This document shows positions 19,104-28,443 of a DNA stretch of 62,843 nucleotides, one piece after another; positions within the stretch are counted from its first letter, which is position 1, and each line of letters begins with the position of its first letter. This DNA is from Thermoplasmatota archaeon (GTDB taxonomy: Archaea; Thermoplasmatota; Penumbrarchaeia; Penumbrarchaeales; Penumbrarchaeaceae): NCBI GenBank assembly GCA_965234725.1, contig CBDDUX010000071.1:1-62843 (forward strand), given 5' to 3'. A program made the translations under genes and the position numbers. The notes beneath the pieces were generated by a model. It had not been told where the DNA came from. It worked only from the letters and a program-made list of their open reading frames with translations, and did not search any database.

Positions 19104-21461
19104 TCATTTCCTCTTCTTGAAGAAAAGGTAACCCCCTGTTGCTACCAGAGCTATCATTATGACCATCGCCATGAATGCCCATGGAAAACCTGGACCTTCC
19201 CCCTCTGCTTGTTCTTGTGGAAGAGGGTTCATCAGGGAAACATCATAGAGGTTGCCATCAAGGATCAGGGCACCATCAGAATATCCCGCGGACGGTTCTG
19301 AAGGCTCCCAGATGGATACCATGGAATTAGGAAGAGGTGGGGATACCCTTAACTCCCCTTCGGCGGGTACCTCCAATCTCAACCTTACCCCGATGGAATA
19401 CTCTATCCTCAGTTCCATGAACTCCCGGTCCTTAAGAGGCCGAATGACCTTGAAACCCTGACCGTATACCCCGATAGCCCAATACATTCCAGTATTGGAT
19501 GGCTCGACATTCAACACCGTCTCCTTGGTACCTGTCAGTCTCGATCCAAGGAAGGGTTGCTCATAATCCACTATCCCATCAAACCCGAAATCCACAATAA
19601 ATGTGAGATCGCCAATGGTCCTGTCCTCGATGGAGATGGAATCATAGTTCATAATAATGGAAACCTCACTGGCACCTTCCGGCACCCACACCAATCTGGA
19701 CTGGTTCTGCACAAGCAATGGGCCATCCTGGTCCTGGGCATATCTAGCGAACTCACCCTTCCAGATGGCTTCCAGTGAATCCGTTTGAAGGACCTTCTCC
19801 GTCCCGTGGAATACTCCTCCCTCAAGATAGATCTTTATAGCGTCGTCAACGGTCCATTTGTCCGTGGGCCATCGGTCTCTAAGGTTCTGAAGGGTTAGGG
19901 AGATCCCAACGCATTTCTCGGCATCTATAAGACCATAACCCTGGGCCCAGTCCTGTGGGTGATCGTTCCAACCCAATTCGGATAATTCCCTGTCCGATGG
20001 TTCTGGAACCCCATTATCGGTTGACTCTTCGGAAAGAGGAACACCGTCCGGTGGGATATAGATCGCTGACTGCTCCATGATCCATTCGATCTCATGGATC
20101 CTATTCTGATCATTGGAAAGCCAGTTATCCGGGTCATCACCTGAATAGTCCTCGAACCGTTCAGAGATCGTCAAAGATGGTGCAGCCTGGAACATCAATG
20201 CCGCCAATCCCGATACATGAGGTGTGGCCATGGAGGTTCCCGAGATGGCAAGATAGTACGGGTTAGGGTTTCCTGCCAGCTTGGAGCCTGCAGATATCTG
20301 TGTAAGCCGAGCATGGGCGGACCAGATCTTCACACCCGGAGCTGCGATATCAGGGTATGTATGGTTCAAACCCTTTACACCTCTGGATGAAAAATAGGCG
20401 ACACCCGAACCATCCCTCTCAACAGCAGCTACTCCAATATTGGATGGAATTAGGCCTGTTGGAGAGGCCGAGAGCTCGGCACCGTCATGGTGGCCGCTTC
20501 CTGCATTTCCCATTGCGAAAACAACCAGAACGTTGTTCTCAAACGTGATCTTCTGGCAGATAATGGAGGTTGCATCCTGAGGATCATATTCGGACGCTCC
20601 CCCTCCCCAGGAGTTCGATACCACCTTGATGTTCATTGGATTGGGAGCCTTGGAGTTCTGATATACCCATTCCAGTCCGTAATATGTATTTGTAAGGGTT
20701 ATCCCGACATCACCCACACATAATCCTATGAGGTTCGCCCCCGGAGCCACTCCTGATCTGGCTCCTGCGGATGCGTCCCCGTTTCCCGCAATGGTTCCAG
20801 CGCAATGTGTTCCGTGGCCGTAGGAGGTGTCGGAATTCTCCAGTTCATACCAAGGTGCTCCAGGTATGTCGGCCTTGAGGTTCACGATCGTCTTCTCCTT
20901 GTAATCCAGATCAGGATGACCTGCATCTATACCAGTATCAAGGACAACAACGGTTATTCCAGATCCGTCGATCCTATCGAACTCCCTGTTGTTGCTCTCG
21001 ATCCATGAGTTCCATGCGACGGTCGCATTGATAGTGGAAAGGGACTGCTCCATCAAAAGGTCCAATTCACCGTCGTATTCTATCCAAACAGCAGAAGGAT
21101 GACCAGAAAGGGAAAGCACCTGTTCCCTGGTCCCTTCCAGAACCGCAATGGGGAGGACCTTCATTGTGGATATGTATACCATACCCATATTTTCAGCATC
21201 TTTGATCTCATCAGTTATTGGCCAATCCTCGAAACGTACCATTATCCTGTACGTGTCCATCCCATCATCCAATATATCCATGAGATATGGATCGATGATC
21301 GATGTGTTCGGTCTTGTCAGATCGCCATCTCCTGAAGCTGAGAATATCAAGGTTGAGCTCATGACCATGAGCATAGCCGTAAGGATCTGGACCAGTCTGG
21401 TTCTCCTCGATCCTGAGACCTCCATAGGTATCACCCGGGGCGTTATCAGGATCATTGCCAT
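19104..21461 (-). CDS. Membrane-anchored subtilisin-like S8 serine peptidase
   Basis: VVLDTG (Asp), HGTHCAG (His), GTSMATPH (Ser), AMGNAG oxyanion Asn; signal peptide and C-terminal TM + KKRK. Confidence 0.95.
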   Translation of the reverse strand: MAMILITPRVIPMEVSGSRRTRLVQILTAMLMVMSSTLIFSASGDGDLTRPNTSIIDPYLMDILDDGMDTYRIMVRFEDWPITDEIKDAENMGMVYISTMKVLPIAVLEGTREQVLSLSGHPSAVWIEYDGELDLLMEQSLSTINATVAWNSWIESNNREFDRIDGSGITVVVLDTGIDAGHPDLDYKEKTIVNLKADIPGAPWYELENSDTSYGHGTHCAGTIAGNGDASAGARSGVAPGANLIGLCVGDVGITLTNTYYGLEWVYQNSKAPNPMNIKVVSNSWGGGASEYDPQDATSIICQKITFENNVLVVFAMGNAGSGHHDGAELSASPTGLIPSNIGVAAVERDGSGVAYFSSRGVKGLNHTYPDIAAPGVKIWSAHARLTQISAGSKLAGNPNPYYLAISGTSMATPHVSGLAALMFQAAPSLTISERFEDYSGDDPDNWLSNDQNRIHEIEWIMEQSAIYIPPDGVPLSEESTDNGVPEPSDRELSELGWNDHPQDWAQGYGLIDAEKCVGISLTLQNLRDRWPTDKWTVDDAIKIYLEGGVFHGTEKVLQTDSLEAIWKGEFARYAQDQDGPLLVQNQSRLVWVPEGASEVSIIMNYDSISIEDRTIGDLTFIVDFGFDGIVDYEQPFLGSRLTGTKETVLNVEPSNTGMYWAIGVYGQGFKVIRPLKDREFMELRIEYSIGVRLRLEVPAEGELRVSPPLPNSMVSIWEPSEPSAGYSDGALILDGNLYDVSLMNPLPQEQAEGEGPGFPWAFMAMVIMIALVATGGYLFFKKRK

Positions 21462-21559
21462 ATATTCATTGCGGAGGAATCACTCTAACGATCGGACTTT
21501 CCCCCCATCCATGAAACTTACAGGAAGCAAAATATATGCAGCTATCCGTATTTCCATGG

Positions 21560-23059
21560 ATGTCCGAATGGGATGCCGATCGGTTGATATCAGCTTCGGA
21601 GGTTGAGAGGTGGTGCTACTGCCCACTCTCATGGTATCTGGAGAGGTTGGATTCCGAGGAGGATCCCCAGCTTCTTGAAGAAGGGTCCAAAGCCCATGGC
21701 AAGTTAGGGACGGAACTTGAAGGAATAAGGGATCGTGATCTGGAATCTCGAAGGTCAAGGAGGATCACTATCGCCTATGTCTCATTTGGGGCCATCATCC
21801 TTTCGATGTCACTTATGCTGCTCTTGCTTTCCAATCTGGGTTTCCTGAAGGGTCCCATATGGAGAATGGCCGTTGTGATCTCCTCGATATTTCTACTCGT
21901 AGTGTCCACCGCGATATACCTGACAAGGTCCTTCGCGCCAAGTAAAGGACCTAGGGTTAGTTTCTTCACTCTTTTCAGGAGGATGGAGAGGAGCAATTCA
22001 GTTGGTGGTTATTTCTCTGTTCTCTCCTATCTGTTCGGTGTCGTCCTGTTGATCAACGGCATCATCCTCCTTCGACCGCTTGGGATCCCTGATACCGCAA
22101 TAGTCACAGCTTTCACCATATCCCTTCTTTTCATGTATGGGATCCTGTTCGTTTCAATGATCTATTTCCTTAAAAGTACCAGAGAGGGAGGTGGGGAAAA
22201 AGACCTGAAATTGGGAATGCCAATGGTTATTGTTCTCCTTGTGTCTATTTCAGTTCTTTTCATAATGCTCTCTGATGATATCGATCCGGATGGTTACTTC
22301 GGTTGGGTCTTCCTGATATTGTCCCTACTTTGGTTCATAGGGGCCTTGGTGTACGATCTGATCAAAGGCAGAAAATGGCAAAGGAAACAGAAAAATGCAC
22401 AGAATAGTGAGGACCTTCCACTTGCCACAATTGCTCTGATCGCATCTGTCTTCACAGCAATGGCATTCCTTTCCCGTGGGGACAATCTTGAAAATTACAA
22501 CACTCTCTCGTTTGTGATCGCCGCCCTTTGGCTTGGAGGAGCTGTGATCTTCTTTATTAAGGGATCATCGGAGAGAAAGGAAGCAAAGACCGGTCTAGTA
22601 AAAATGAGCCTCCCGGAGAGATCAAGGATACTGCAGATCGATGATATTGGCTCAGGCAACAGAGGGAAACCCCTGGTATCCAAACGACATTACCTGATAG
22701 GATCCCCTGATATCCTCATAGAGGAGAACGGGAGAAGGATCCCAGTCGAGATCAAGACCGGTAAGGCACCTCCGAAACCGCACTTCAGCCATATAATGCA
22801 GCTTTCGGTCTATTTGATCTTAGTAGACATGAACTTCCATCAGGAAACACCATACGGATATATCGAATACATGCCGAAGAATGGCCCCAGGAAAAGGCAT
22901 TTGATCGAATGGGATATGATGACCAAAGCCCTGGTCCTCTCTAAAGTATCAGAGATAAGGGAGGGTGAAAGAAAGGGTGAAGCTCACCGTAATCATAACA
23001 GGGATGGCAAATGCAGGTACTGCTCAAGAAGGATCGATTGCCCGGAAAGGCTTGTTTGA
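21560..23059 (+). CDS. Cas4-like PD-(D/E)XK Fe-S nuclease with an inserted block of about 8 TM helices
   Basis: ISASEVERWCYCP, GSKAH, then 8 hydrophobic helices, then GSPDIL, PVEIKTG, QLSVY, KCRYCSRRIDCP; ORF track start 21536. Confidence 0.85.
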   Translation: MSEWDADRLISASEVERWCYCPLSWYLERLDSEEDPQLLEEGSKAHGKLGTELEGIRDRDLESRRSRRITIAYVSFGAIILSMSLMLLLLSNLGFLKGPIWRMAVVISSIFLLVVSTAIYLTRSFAPSKGPRVSFFTLFRRMERSNSVGGYFSVLSYLFGVVLLINGIILLRPLGIPDTAIVTAFTISLLFMYGILFVSMIYFLKSTREGGGEKDLKLGMPMVIVLLVSISVLFIMLSDDIDPDGYFGWVFLILSLLWFIGALVYDLIKGRKWQRKQKNAQNSEDLPLATIALIASVFTAMAFLSRGDNLENYNTLSFVIAALWLGGAVIFFIKGSSERKEAKTGLVKMSLPERSRILQIDDIGSGNRGKPLVSKRHYLIGSPDILIEENGRRIPVEIKTGKAPPKPHFSHIMQLSVYLILVDMNFHQETPYGYIEYMPKNGPRKRHLIEWDMMTKALVLSKVSEIREGERKGEAHRNHNRDGKCRYCSRRIDCPERLV

Positions 23060-23068
23060 TCCTATTTT

Positions 23069-23683
23069 TCAACTGAACCTGTTTACTTTACCAGGCCTTT
23101 TCTTGTGCATGTGGCTCCCGACAGAGGGTCTTACCTTCTCAGAGCCTATTCCCTTGTTCATCAATCCTCTGCTTCTCTTGCCGGAAGATGTGAGACCTCT
23201 ATAGACCCTGCCTGTGTGCTGGACCTCATTGATCCATTTTATTTTGGGATCGCTCAATATGACCGGATGATGAGGGTCGACGAGGATCACTTCGTAAAAC
23301 TTGTGCTTACCGTCCTCTCCGACGAAATATGAATTGAGGATCTCCATGTTCGGATATCTCTTGGCGGTCCTCTCTTCGGCAATCCTCTGAAGGTTCTTCT
23401 TCACCTTGAGCCGGATCATACCTCTTCTCTTGGCCCTTCTACCTTTTCTGATGGCCCTCTTCCTGAGGGAACCCATCCTGACCCTGGCCCTAACAATAAC
23501 ATAACCCTGTTTCGCTTTATATCCCAGGGCCCTTGCCCTGTCAAGCCTCAATGGCCTTTCCACCCTCTCAAAGGTAGGGCCATGTCTCCATTCCACAAGC
23601 CTCTGACGGTTTATCTCCTTCAACTCTCCATCATAAGGTCTGTTCCAGGTGTCATGAATATATCGGTAAACGGATTTTGACAT
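23069..23683 (-). CDS. rpl15e: 50S ribosomal protein eL15
   Basis: RLDRARALGYKAKQG, EILNSYFVGEDG, YEVILVDP, GRVYRGLTSSG. Confidence 0.98.
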   Translation of the reverse strand: MSKSVYRYIHDTWNRPYDGELKEINRQRLVEWRHGPTFERVERPLRLDRARALGYKAKQGYVIVRARVRMGSLRKRAIRKGRRAKRRGMIRLKVKKNLQRIAEERTAKRYPNMEILNSYFVGEDGKHKFYEVILVDPHHPVILSDPKIKWINEVQHTGRVYRGLTSSGKRSRGLMNKGIGSEKVRPSVGSHMHKKRPGKVNRFS

Positions 23684-23694
23684 GCGGATCACTT

Positions 23695-23765
23695 CCTTGG
23701 GATTCGCCGCAGAGAACTACGGTACATTTCCCTGTCTCCAAGGGGTTCTGATCATATTAGCCCCC
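23695..23765 (-). ncRNA. Candidate structured 5' leader of rpl15e (eL15-leader-like)
   Basis: Outer stem CCUUGG/CCAAGG enclosing hairpin CCGUAG-UUCU-CUGCGG; 3' arm abuts the SD region; TATA-like run near 23790. Confidence 0.6.
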
Positions 23766-23829
23766 TGTGATTTTGGCCCAAGACGCTTATTATATATATG
23801 GATATCTGATGAATGGACTGTTCCCCTCA

Positions 23830-26800
23830 TTACTCTTCATCTTTGAGGTTCTCTTCTCTTATTTTCTTATTCTTTCTTTCAGACCTCTTCCTCCTGCTCC
23901 GCCGTATCGCCCTTGTCAGTAACCCTAAAAGCATAAGGAGAAGGGGGATGCCAATGATAAGAAGACAGCAAACCTGGCAGAAACGGCTCTCCCTCAGGCT
24001 AGTTCCAATATTCCCATCATCGTCATCTGTCCTTTTCTCCAGTATTATATCATCAACGGTGATATCCTCACTCGAGCTTGCATTTACATTGATATCAATG
24101 GAGACATACCCGCTTTTCTCGATATTCAGGTTCCTCTGCCCCCTGGCAACCTCAACAACGAAGTATCCTCTGGAATCAGTATAGGTATAGTCGCCTGTAT
24201 CAGCTTTTACCATTGCCTTATGGACCGGTTCTCCATCTGCATCTAAAACCCTCCCTCTTATCAGTGTGGTTGAAGGTTCCTGATCATCATCTATGATCCT
24301 GAATGATACTTCAATTTCCTTCTCATTCCCAGCTCCATCCATGGCGATCAGAACAACTGAATGCTCCCCTAGTGAAAGAGAGGTGAGTGTGAAACCTGTC
24401 ACCATTGAAGATAGTCCGAGAGGTGTCCCACCATCCACACTTAGCTCGAATCTTGAGATCCCGCTAAGCGTATCATACCCAGCCCATTTGACATCGAAAG
24501 TGGTATCGGTGGTATTGTAGCCATCTGCGGGGAATGTGAAGAACACCTCGGGTCCAGTTCTATCAAGAAGGACTTCTATTGAAACGATCTCAGTGTTCCC
24601 TGCCATGTCCTCGGCTTGAACAACTATTGTATGGATGCCTTCAGATGAAAGGGAGATGTTCGCACTTGTGTTCAGGCCTTGATCTTGCCAATCACCTTCA
24701 TCCACCTTCGTCCGATAACCTTTGACATCTGTTATTTCGTCCTCGCCTTCCCATTGGACATCAATGGTGGGTTGAGTGGTAATGGTTCCATTATCAGGAG
24801 AAAGGACCTCGAGATTGGGAGAGGATGTATCCACCGTGAATATCAGAGATGATGTTGCGTTGTTTCCCTGTGCATCGACAGCTCTCAGAATGATCGTTTG
24901 CTGACCATCTGTCAAGTTACTGGCAAGATAGGATGAATTCGACCCCATATCCTGCCAATCGACACCATCGGTGGAGATCTCCACATTTAGGACCTCAACA
25001 TTGTCGGTTACATTCCAGGTGACCTGGACCTCTCTTGAAGAGATGACACTACCGTTTGCAGGTGATAGGAATCCTATCTCGGGAGAGGTGGAATCTGGTA
25101 TGGCCCCTAAAAGGGCTGTACTCCTACCTTCTCCGTATCTGTTGATTCCTTTCAGATGATAAACATAGGTCGTTCCATCAGTTACATTCTCATCATTGTA
25201 ATGAAATATGATAGGACCAAGGTCAATTCTAAGGTCTGGACCTTCACCACCGGTTCTGAACAGTTTGAATCCTTCAAAGGATCCGTCCAGATCGATTCCT
25301 GGCAGTTCCCATTCCAAAAAAATTCTATCTTTAATTGCATGGGCCGAGAAGTTAATAGGTTCTGAAAGATAGGTGTAGGAAGGTTCTGCGAGTGGTTTCT
25401 GATCATATGATGTCGTCCCGAATATGAGGTAGGGCAGGTCCACTATCCCATCACCGGTCCCATCAGGAGAGTCCCAATCCCTCCAGTAATTGCCTCCGTT
25501 CATGTCATTCCAGATATTTTTATTACCATTATCCGTAGCCTGGATGTTCAGGCTGCTGAACGAATCATCGGACCCGTAATTATTGATGAACGTATTATCA
25601 ATGATCTTGTTACCACTGGAATTAACGCTTTCGATCCCATATCCTGAATTGTTGAAGATCAGGTTCCCATCCACTATGTGATCCTCTGCCACTCGAAGAC
25701 GGATACCGGATCCAATATTGTCCTCAATGATATTTGATGTGAATGATGAATCAACTGAAGTATATGAGAGGTCCAAACCCATCCCATGTCCCCGGATGAT
25801 GTTGTTCATTACGGTCAGATTCGATGGGGAGGAAACGTTCAATCCTTTGGAGCTCGTCGTACTTCCATTTCCTAAGATCTTGTTGTCATTGACGATCCCC
25901 ATTCTTGGAGAACTCAGGAATACGCCGTTCATTCGGAATCCGCTCACAAAATTTCCAGATAGAACAAGTCTTTCCGGGATGGTCAATGATATTCCATGGA
26001 TAGCATCACCGATCGAAGTAACTGTGTTATTGGTGAAGGTCGTTCCCTTGGTCTGGACCATAGTAAAGCCGACCTCAGTGATACTGGCCTGATTATCATC
26101 CACGGTAACATCCGCAGTCTGTGAAATAAAAGAAGCTTTGGGAACATAAACAAATACATTCCCTCTTATTGTGGCTCCCGTCCCGTAAAACATTGTTATG
26201 GTTGTCCCCGTCTGATTGTGAAAACTTGAATCCATGATGGAAACATCATCGCATTTGCTTATGTAGAACAGATCGGGGTCATCTGCGAATGTGCAGTTAT
26301 CGATATGGACCCCCTGGGAATCATAGGCACGGAGAAGTGCGTATCCCATGGAATGATCCATCCCGGTCAAATGGAAGTTGGTAACATTATTCAGGAAGAA
26401 CTGTGATGTATGTACCGGAATTGTCACACCTGTCAGATCCTGGTCAAAGTACTGCCTGACCGGAACATTATCTACAGTATTATTGGATGTGATCACCACT
26501 GTATCAAGTGTTCCCAGTGCGAATCCGTTTCCGACGAGTTCGTTATCGTAAAGAGTGATACTCGATGATGTGAAATAGCAGTTGATTCCGGGAGCAGTGC
26601 AGTTTGAAACAAGATTTCCCTGGATCAGAATATCAGCCGAGGTGCTGAAAGCCATTCCCGATCCACCAATACCTTTTACCTTGTTATCGACGATGCGGAT
26701 AAAATTGCTTCCAGAGACGTATATACCGTTACTCATTGAATCGGATATCTGATTGGATGATACTACGATATTCTTGGAGTCCTTCACACGAAGTCCGTAT

Positions 26801-27276
26801 TGACAAAGGTCTCCTTCTATGGTATTGTCAGTTATTCGAATTGAACTGCAAAGGTTGACATTGACATTCCACGGGCCATAAGAGTCACGGACCGTGTTGT
26901 TCGAGATCGTTATATTTGAACAGGAATCCAGCGATAGACCGTCCCCAAATTCTGAATTAAGAAGCAAATTGTTCCTTATAACAAGGTGTAAAGTGGTATC
27001 CTCGATCTCGATGCAGTGGTCCGATCCTGTTCCGTTGATGCTGTATGAGGATATGATATAGGGATCCAATTGAGACCCGGAACCAGGCCATGATTCCGCA
27101 ACCGCAGTATTGAGCAATTCCGTATCACCCTCAATGGAAATCGGAGAATGGTCAATATAGATCGATCTCGCTGGAGCTTCTCCTCCGACATAGGCTCCAT
27201 TTCCTATTGAAAACAATAGAGACGTTGTCAATATCATAATTAAAAAGGTATTCTTCCCATGTGTTCCGTTCATCAT
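23830..27276 (-). CDS. Surface protein: NosD/CASH beta-helix, FN3, Ig-like repeats, carboxypeptidase-regulatory-like domain, C-terminal TM
   Basis: GSGSQLDPYII, NN-rich beta-helix repeats, GGNYW, repeated D.AGN Ig ends, GRVLDADGEP, TM + basic tail. Confidence 0.88.
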   Translation of the reverse strand: MMNGTHGKNTFLIMILTTSLLFSIGNGAYVGGEAPARSIYIDHSPISIEGDTELLNTAVAESWPGSGSQLDPYIISSYSINGTGSDHCIEIEDTTLHLVIRNNLLLNSEFGDGLSLDSCSNITISNNTVRDSYGPWNVNVNLCSSIRITDNTIEGDLCQYGLRVKDSKNIVVSSNQISDSMSNGIYVSGSNFIRIVDNKVKGIGGSGMAFSTSADILIQGNLVSNCTAPGINCYFTSSSITLYDNELVGNGFALGTLDTVVITSNNTVDNVPVRQYFDQDLTGVTIPVHTSQFFLNNVTNFHLTGMDHSMGYALLRAYDSQGVHIDNCTFADDPDLFYISKCDDVSIMDSSFHNQTGTTITMFYGTGATIRGNVFVYVPKASFISQTADVTVDDNQASITEVGFTMVQTKGTTFTNNTVTSIGDAIHGISLTIPERLVLSGNFVSGFRMNGVFLSSPRMGIVNDNKILGNGSTTSSKGLNVSSPSNLTVMNNIIRGHGMGLDLSYTSVDSSFTSNIIEDNIGSGIRLRVAEDHIVDGNLIFNNSGYGIESVNSSGNKIIDNTFINNYGSDDSFSSLNIQATDNGNKNIWNDMNGGNYWRDWDSPDGTGDGIVDLPYLIFGTTSYDQKPLAEPSYTYLSEPINFSAHAIKDRIFLEWELPGIDLDGSFEGFKLFRTGGEGPDLRIDLGPIIFHYNDENVTDGTTYVYHLKGINRYGEGRSTALLGAIPDSTSPEIGFLSPANGSVISSREVQVTWNVTDNVEVLNVEISTDGVDWQDMGSNSSYLASNLTDGQQTIILRAVDAQGNNATSSLIFTVDTSSPNLEVLSPDNGTITTQPTIDVQWEGEDEITDVKGYRTKVDEGDWQDQGLNTSANISLSSEGIHTIVVQAEDMAGNTEIVSIEVLLDRTGPEVFFTFPADGYNTTDTTFDVKWAGYDTLSGISRFELSVDGGTPLGLSSMVTGFTLTSLSLGEHSVVLIAMDGAGNEKEIEVSFRIIDDDQEPSTTLIRGRVLDADGEPVHKAMVKADTGDYTYTDSRGYFVVEVARGQRNLNIEKSGYVSIDINVNASSSEDITVDDIILEKRTDDDDGNIGTSLRESRFCQVCCLLIIGIPLLLMLLGLLTRAIRRSRRKRSERKNKKIREENLKDEE

Positions 27277-27394
27277 AAGGATCCCCCGAATATCATGGAA
27301 TAATTATTAAGGGAGGATAAATAACATTCTAGCCAAGTGCTCCGTTCAACTAATTAATCTCATTGTTCGATAGAATTAACTACTCCATGGTCCT

Positions 27395-27649
27395 TTGAAT
27401 ATCAGAGGGATCTCCTTGATAGTGGGTTTTATCTTCATCAAGACACGGCCTAAGATGGAGGTCAGGACCTACAGGGAACTTATGAAGGTGAAGGAGATCA
27501 AGGAACTCACCCCGCTTTTCGGTGATTATGATCTGATCGCCAAGATAGAGGCCAGGAGCTTCAAAATCCTGTCAAGGATAGTCCTGAATAAGATAAGGAC
27601 GCTACCCGGTGTCGAGGATACCGTTACTGTTCCAGGCACCAAAATATAA
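27395..27649 (+). CDS. Stand-alone Lrp/AsnC ligand-binding (RAM) domain protein
   Basis: LFGDYDLIAKIE...KIRTLPGVEDTVT; true start probably TTG 27416. Confidence 0.88.
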   Translation: MNIRGISLIVGFIFIKTRPKMEVRTYRELMKVKEIKELTPLFGDYDLIAKIEARSFKILSRIVLNKIRTLPGVEDTVTVPGTKI

Positions 27650-27653
27650 CATA

Positions 27654-28349
27654 TTAATTGAATCTCTCACCAGGTCCAAGGGACCTGGGACGGAACCTCT
27701 TGCAAAAAAGGAATCTCTCGTTCTTCATACCATCTTTCCAAGTATTCAGGGATTTCTCTCCCATCCGGACCCTGTAAGGAACGGATATCTCCTTTGCTTT
27801 GACCTTGCTGTTCCTGAAAGCCTCGATCTTTATCTCCTCTGACATGGGCATACCATCGGATGTGATGGTAAGGTGCTCCAGGACCTGTTTCTTGAAGACC
27901 CACATGCCTGTTTGAGAATCATTGAGTTTGGTTCCGAAAAGTATGTTCATGGTCACCTTAAGGACCCAGTTGCCAAATGCATGTGTGGTGTTGAATGCTC
28001 CCTTATCAGCTTTTTTAATCCTATCGCAGGAGATGAAATCCAGACCTTCGTTCTTTAAGATATTCACGAGTTCAGGGACCAGTTCGGCAGGGTATGTGGT
28101 ATCGCCATCCATTGTTACGATTATATCGCCTTCCGCCTCTCTGAATCCGGTTTTATAAGCCCGTCCGTAACCTTTCCTTGGCTCTTCTATGATCCTTGCA
28201 CCCTTGGATGCAGCGATCTCCCTGGTCCTGTCCTTTGAAAGCCCATCGACGATCATCACTTCAAGGTCCTCCATATCCGGGATCTGGTCAATGGTCTCAC
28301 CGATGGATTCCTCTTCGTTCAGGGTGGGTATCACTACGCTGATTTTCAT
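27654..28349 (-). CDS. GT2 glycosyltransferase, dolichol-phosphate sugar synthase-like
   Basis: VVIPTLNEE, VDGLSKD, KGYGRA, MDGD, DSQTG. Confidence 0.9.
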   Translation of the reverse strand: MKISVVIPTLNEEESIGETIDQIPDMEDLEVMIVDGLSKDRTREIAASKGARIIEEPRKGYGRAYKTGFREAEGDIIVTMDGDTTYPAELVPELVNILKNEGLDFISCDRIKKADKGAFNTTHAFGNWVLKVTMNILFGTKLNDSQTGMWVFKKQVLEHLTITSDGMPMSEEIKIEAFRNSKVKAKEISVPYRVRMGEKSLNTWKDGMKNERFLFCKRFRPRSLGPGERFN

Positions 28350-28443
28350 AGGCCTTCTACCCTCCCTATTTGTAAAAACGATTTATATTTTGGGGGAGTA
28401 AGTGCACTCCCGCAAGAATGATTTATAACTGAAGGATAGTTTC

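Noticed and set aside
21536..23830. CRISPR-Cas locus around the Cas4-like gene
   Set aside because: No repeat-spacer array and no cas1, cas2 or effector genes are visible in the window
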